Source: Rhodosorus marinus CCMP1338 (taxonomy: Eukaryota; Plantae; Rhodophyta). From it: DNA of 64,000 nucleotides. Below the pieces are notes generated by a model that was not told the origin of the DNA, made no database searches, and saw nothing but the letters and a program-made list of their open reading frames with translations. Position numbers and translations under genes: made by a program. Positions 58,835 to 64,000 of the stretch are shown here, one piece after another; the stretch's first letter is position 1; every line of letters starts with the position of its first letter. Location: assembly GCA_029953675.1 (NCBI GenBank), contig JAMWBK010000006.1, positions 1,302,001 to 1,366,000 of the forward strand, in the 5' to 3' direction.

Positions 58835-59615
58835 ATGGCGTTCTTGACCTCCTTTGTGCCCAGGGCCGTGCGCACCGGCTTGCTCGGAGACGGGGTTTGT
58901 CATAGAGTTGTCCAGTCAAAAGCGACTGTTGGGAGGTTCCACGTTCGCATGCAATCTGCCTCAACTGAAAGTGAAGACAAGTTTGTAGCCGATGCGTTGA
59001 AGTCGGATAAAGTGGTCGTGTTCGCAACCACGACATGTCCTTACTGCGCCCAGGTGAAGGACTTGTTCAACAGTCTCAACTTACCTTTCAAGAGTTACAA
59101 CTTGAATACTGTAAGACGACGTCTTCGGACTGCACTCGTTTAGGCTGTCATTCATCGGGCCATCATTTGCATTCGTACTAATCCGAGGCAATTTACCGTC
59201 TTCGCTCAGATGGATGACGGTGCTTACATCCGTCAGTCTTTGCTTCGTTCAACGAGTCAGAGGACAGTCCCGAACGTTTTCATCGGAGGGGAGCATGTAG
59301 GAGGATGTGATGGTAAGTTAACCCAGAGACACAACCGAAGAGAAGATTCAAGCTGGGGAAGTAGAGGGCACTTGCTCCGTTAGATTTTGCTCCGAATGCA
59401 TATGGGTTACATGCTTGACTCCTTTTGGTGATCGGATGTACATCTCCATTATCGAGCCATCCCGTTAACCATAGATGGCCCTCGTTGATTGACTCCAATC
59501 CAAAAGTATCCGCTGGCTAATTCTCACCTGCTTTTTTTTTGCCTCAGATACAATCGCAGCTTTAGAAAGCGGGAATTTGCAAAAGCTCCTTTCAAAGGTG
59601 GGATTGGCTATTTAG
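58835..59615 (+). CDS. Class I glutaredoxin (CPYC) with plastid-type transit peptide; exons 58835-59110, 59210-59312, 59548-59615 (148 aa)
   Basis: TTCPYC, RTVPNVFIGG and GGCD-DTIAALESGNLQKLL are reconstructed across two GT-AG introns (99 and 235 nt). Confidence 0.88.
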
Positions 59616-59814
59616 ATGATGGTTGTTATCGAGATGTGGCTAACCTTGGGACGGGTATGACACCACTATGTGACTGAGATACTGCCGCGTGCATTTATTG
59701 TCAAGTTTGCGAGACCCAGCGGCTCGGAGGCTTTGTCCTCGGATTGTCTTGAAAAATTAACAGAACAGTGAAATCTATCCCTAATTTCGAATCTGTTCCA
59801 AACCCTAACAATGC

Positions 59815-61632
59815 TCACGATGCAAAATTGTCCATGGAGTTGTCCTCGGAGGACAGATCATCCACTACGTACAAGGAATCCTCAGACCTCTCCTTCTTAA
59901 AGGTTATGTACACAAGAAACAGCATTACCACAACGAACAAGGGTGTCGCCAAGACCCCAGTGAGAATCTTGAAAACAAGTTTTTCCGATGTGAACCCTTC
60001 TTTCAAGAAGCTCAAGACCAACAGCAGGTTGAGGAAGATAACAATAATAGCGCAAATCCAGGATAAGGCTGAAACTGCCCAATGATTATGAAACTCGCCC
60101 ATCCTAACCTTGCTTGATGTGAACCGTATCAGCGGTATCACAGCAAACGGCAGCTGAAGCGAAAGAACCACCTGGGATATGCCGAAGACCGACGGAGACT
60201 TAGCAAACCGAAAGTCAACCTCCTAACTCCAAAGGGAGGATGGCCGAGAGATAAAGTACTTCAACAGACATACCTGGGACAGGATCAGGAGCTGGTACGT
60301 CCCGGAATCCCCAGTGGCTAATATAACGATAACAGAAGGTACCACGGCGAGCATTCTGGTCACAAGTCGACGAATAACCGGAGGCGCTCTAATCTCAAGG
60401 AATCCCTCCATTACGTACTGCCCAGCTAGCGTACCACATAACGTCGAGCTCTGACCTGAAGCGATGAGCGCTATACCGAAAAGCAACTGAGCGACTTCAA
60501 ATTTACCTATGCGAAAACCTGCTCCGAAAGAAACCAAATACGCAGATTCAAGGTTCGTAAGGGTAAGTGCCGGGGGGCGGGGGAGGGGGGGCCAGAACTC
60601 AGTATGCAATCCATGAAACGCTTGCTCAAAAATCTTACCGGTATTCTCGAGGAGGCGATATGCGTCCTGCAACGTGACAACCTCAATATCTTTGGCCCAA
60701 AAGTTGGCGGCGGAGATAATCAGAATCGCACAATTGATGAACACAGCTGCGTTTAGAGCAACGGCACTATCTATAAGGTTATACTTGCATTCTGCGCGGA
60801 TCGCTGCTTTTGACCTCGATGTCATTCGGTCACCCACAATTGCGGAATGGAGATAAAAATTGTGTGGCATTACCGTTGCGCCGACAATACCACAAGCAAC
60901 GTAGAGAGACTCTAGATTCAACCGCGGAATGAACGTGCCTTTCACGACTTCAAGGAGGTCTGGTTTCGCGAAGAACAGCTCTGCAATGAAGCATGCGGAT
61001 ATTATAGCAAGAAAGCCGAACATGAGCTGCTCAAGTCTACGCATACCATGACGTTGGACCGCCAGAAGCAAAAATGTGTCCAGCGCGGTCAGTATCACGC
61101 CCAACACCAGAGGAATGTTAAAAACCAGATTCAAGCCTATGGCAGTGCCCAACACTTCGGTCAAGTCCGTGGCAATTATAGCTAATTCGGCCAATACCCA
61201 GAGAGCGTAGGAGGGCATTCCCGTGTACTCCTCCTTGCACACCTCCGCAAGGTGGCTCCGAGTTACGACGCCGAGTCTTGTTGCCAGGGTTTGCAGCAGA
61301 ATGGCCATGAGATTGGACATGATCAGAACCCACAGCAGTTCGTAGCCGAACCTGGAGCCGCCCTCAATATCAGTCGCCCAGTTTCCGGGATCCAAATACC
61401 CCACAGATATCAAAAATGCGGGGCCCAAATGCGCAATTACCCCTCGCCACGTCAGCTCCACATGTTCACCGAGGTTCGGCACGGCCTCTTCACGAAGCTG
61501 GTCGTCGTCGAAGAAGACCTCATCCTGGTCTTCCGGGGGATTAAAAATAGCCTCAAACCCGCCATTCCGTCCAGGACCCTTTCCTGTCCCTTCCTGATCC
61601 TCCTCCCTTGGATGCCCCGCCACCTCCGCCAT
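59815..61632 (-). CDS. NRAMP/MntH divalent metal transporter; exons 61632-60639, 60518-60274, 60171-59815 (531 aa)
   Basis: YLDPGNWATD, GATVMPHN.YLHS, SGQSST..GTLAGQYVMEGF and SQVVLSLQLPFA. Introns of 120 and 102 nt. Confidence 0.93.
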
Positions 61633-63508
61633 TGCAGAAAAACGCCTGAAAAACTCTTCTCGGCCCCCGGAAAAACTAAAAACAAAACAAAAAAGGTTCA
61701 CAACAGATACAGAGAGGAGATAGGGTGGTGAGACAAACAAGATCTCATCAATCCCTCCCCCCAAAAAGCTAGTTACTGAATATAAAAGACTCAAAGGCGT
61801 CCTCTCCTCCTCAGATGATATCTAACCCCCCCCCTACCTCAACCCAAACCCCAAAACCCAAACAAACAGACTGAACAAGACCAACCTCCTTCACACCCTC
61901 CCAATTCCAAGTAAAGCCGAAGATTTCCTTTCTAGGGTTTTGCCAGCATCACTCCAAAACCTGATATAAAATAAACAAAAAACCGAATTTGCAATGAAAG
62001 CAATCATGTTGCGATAGTACGAGAGTTTTGTTGCTGCTCGCTGCTCTGTGTCACTGTGGAGATTGTTTTGGTGTTAAATCCCTAGAAACAGAAACGAATC
62101 ACGATGGGCAGCATTGATCTGGTCATTGAGTGGTCCCACGCACGACGTTAAGACCTACGTAGGCATATAGCTTTCTCCTTGCGTGATGGAAGAGTGTGGT
62201 ACTTGCCCGAGGTCCCTGCTGCTGGCGCTATGTATTGTCAGGAAGAAATCCTCTTATGAAAAAAAGCTCTGTGTGGGTGTTTGCATCGGAACAACAGCTT
62301 CGTTCACCTGGTGAGTGACTGTCTTGGTTTCATGGATTCGAAGGCGCGTTACTGACCGCTTCGCTCTGTAGTTTGCCGTGTCACAAATTTTGGTGTCAAA
62401 GCTCAATTTCCTGCTCTGATCGGTACCTGGCTCTGTTTCTGGAAGCCCAAGCTTTGCGGTTTATGTGTACTGGATTAATTGGTTGGTTTTCGTCGTTTGC
62501 TCTGCAGATTTTCGTCATGATTCAACTGATCTGAATCTGCACTTATCAGTTTAATCAGAGCCAAACTACAAAAGACAGCGTGCTGTGCAGCGCACAGGAA
62601 GGAATCGGTAAACCGCGGACACGGAGTATCGTACTCAGGGGGGCTGTGAGCTTAGACGTGGGGACAAACCAGCAAATCTACGATGAGGATCTTGAGGGTC
62701 TGTTCTCATACACTCCTTCGGGGGTTCCGTTTATACTGAACACGTACGCTTCATGGACTCCGTCAGGAGGCCAAACCGCTGGCTAAAAGCTTCACTTCCG
62801 ACACCGGCGATCTCCGCCACACGGTGTCTCAGCTCAATCGCTTGCTCCCTTCGAAAACTCCGCCCCCATGTTCCGCGAAACACCGCGCGCCTCGCGCATT
62901 AGTCCGGGGTTTACTAGTAAAGCTTCAGGATTTTCCTCAGGGTAAGTCTCGTTCTGATTTCAACGACCGAATCTGCTTCCAACGGTCCCCGGTCCTACCA
63001 CTGGTGACCTCATAGAGACCCGTCCCGAATTCGATTCGACAACGTCTTAACCACATCCGTTGAAGAAGAACTCATTCTCAAATATACTCACAAACTTGAC
63101 AACAGTACAATCAACGTACTATTCAAGTACAACCATGTACTAATTTCCCTCGCCTTTTTCTGTTTTGTTCGGTGTTTTTTTGGCGTTCAGAATATTTATA
63201 GATACTAACTAGGTCCGGCTTGAGGCGGTCGAGTGGGAGGGGTGGGAGCCGGGGAGGGGGGGGGAAGGGAATCGTGGGGATGGCTAAGGGTGATGGAAGT
63301 TGAACTGATATGAGAATTGGTTCTTTTTTTGTTTGCTTATGCTAGTATTATGGTAAGGGGACAGGAGGAGTTTATATCGAGGGTGGTGGGTTTTTGGCAG
63401 AGAAACGGAGGGGGGCTGAGATAGATTCTGTTTTGCGGGTTGGTTCTTTGGGAGCTGGGATTTTTTTTTTGTGTGTTTTCGTGTTGGCATCTTGAAGTGT
63501 TTTCCACC

Positions 63509-64000
63509 ATGGAGGCTTTGGAAAGGTTGGATATGTTCAGGAAGGCCTATAAGGACTTGCAAACGGTGTCAATGCGAGGAGCGGTTATGTCCGCTCTAAC
63601 GACCCTGCTCATGATCGTCCTTGTCGTCATCGAAGTGGTCAACTACGCCAAGGGTGATATTCGAACTGTAGTCGGGGTGAACCCTCACCAAACGGATACG
63701 ATGTGGATTTACTTCAAGATTACCTTTCCGAATATGCATTGTGATACGTTGACTGTCGACCTTCTGGACTATAAGGGTCATATGAGGCAGAACGTGGAAG
63801 CAACAATCTCGAGGACGTTTGTCGATGGTACGAGAATGGCGGATAGATCACTTCAAGCGCTGCTTAGGAAATCCGGGCTTAAGACGGAGAATACGCTTGG
63901 TATGAAGAGGGCCTTGCCGCTATCCCCAGCTAACTTCGACTCGGTCGTTCGACGGGAGAATACGTTCGTCGACTTTTATGCATCGTGGTGTCCCCATTGT
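63509..64000 (+). CDS. ERGIC-N plus thioredoxin protein (PDIL5/ERV-type PDI), truncated by the window end
   Basis: Open frame MEALERLDMFRK...(TM)...ITFPNMHCDTLTVD...FVDFYASWCPHC. Confidence 0.85.
   Translation, partial: MEALERLDMFRKAYKDLQTVSMRGAVMSALTTLLMIVLVVIEVVNYAKGDIRTVVGVNPHQTDTMWIYFKITFPNMHCDTLTVDLLDYKGHMRQNVEATISRTFVDGTRMADRSLQALLRKSGLKTENTLGMKRALPLSPANFDSVVRRENTFVDFYASWCPHC

Noticed and set aside
59313-59328. 16-nt micro-intron in the glutaredoxin giving DTTEEKIQAG
   Set aside because: The acceptor at 59547 gives a better canonical C-terminus (DTIAALESGNLQKLL) with a normal 235-nt intron.
62100-63100. Small gene between NRAMP and the PDI gene
   Set aside because: A ~70-aa open stretch on the - strand has no recognizable motif or supported start.

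Overview
Eukaryotic nuclear DNA, most likely a red alga (inference from short 70-235 nt GT-AG introns, 'MAFL/MEAFV'-type plastid transit peptides, and the gene repertoire). The window has two compartments. About 1-45 kb is gene-poor and full of transposon relics: tandem and inverted CRE-like non-LTR/RLE retrotransposon fragments, Copia pieces, and probable Tc1- and Merlin-like remnants. It also carries three large secreted, bacterial-style modular proteins: a trypsin-like protease with CARDB-like and 2 CBM-like modules, a PQQ-type sugar dehydrogenase with Big_5 and NPCBM modules, and a GH86 beta-porphyranase/agarase-like hydrolase with a CBM-like module. An SDR, a P/U-type cyclin, a C2H2 protein, a 4-TM protein and tRNA-Gly(CCC) are also there. 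About 45-64 kb is gene-dense housekeeping DNA: serB, plastid cpn10, an unknown plastid protein, XPG/RAD2, RPL4, a glutaredoxin, NRAMP and a partial ERGIC-thioredoxin PDI. The most notable signals are the eukaryote-encoded GH86-like enzyme with its two companion secreted carbohydrate-binding proteins, and a 70-bp CRE insertion with a 10-bp TSD whose empty site is visible 200 bp away. All family assignments are from motif recognition by eye; no searches were run.
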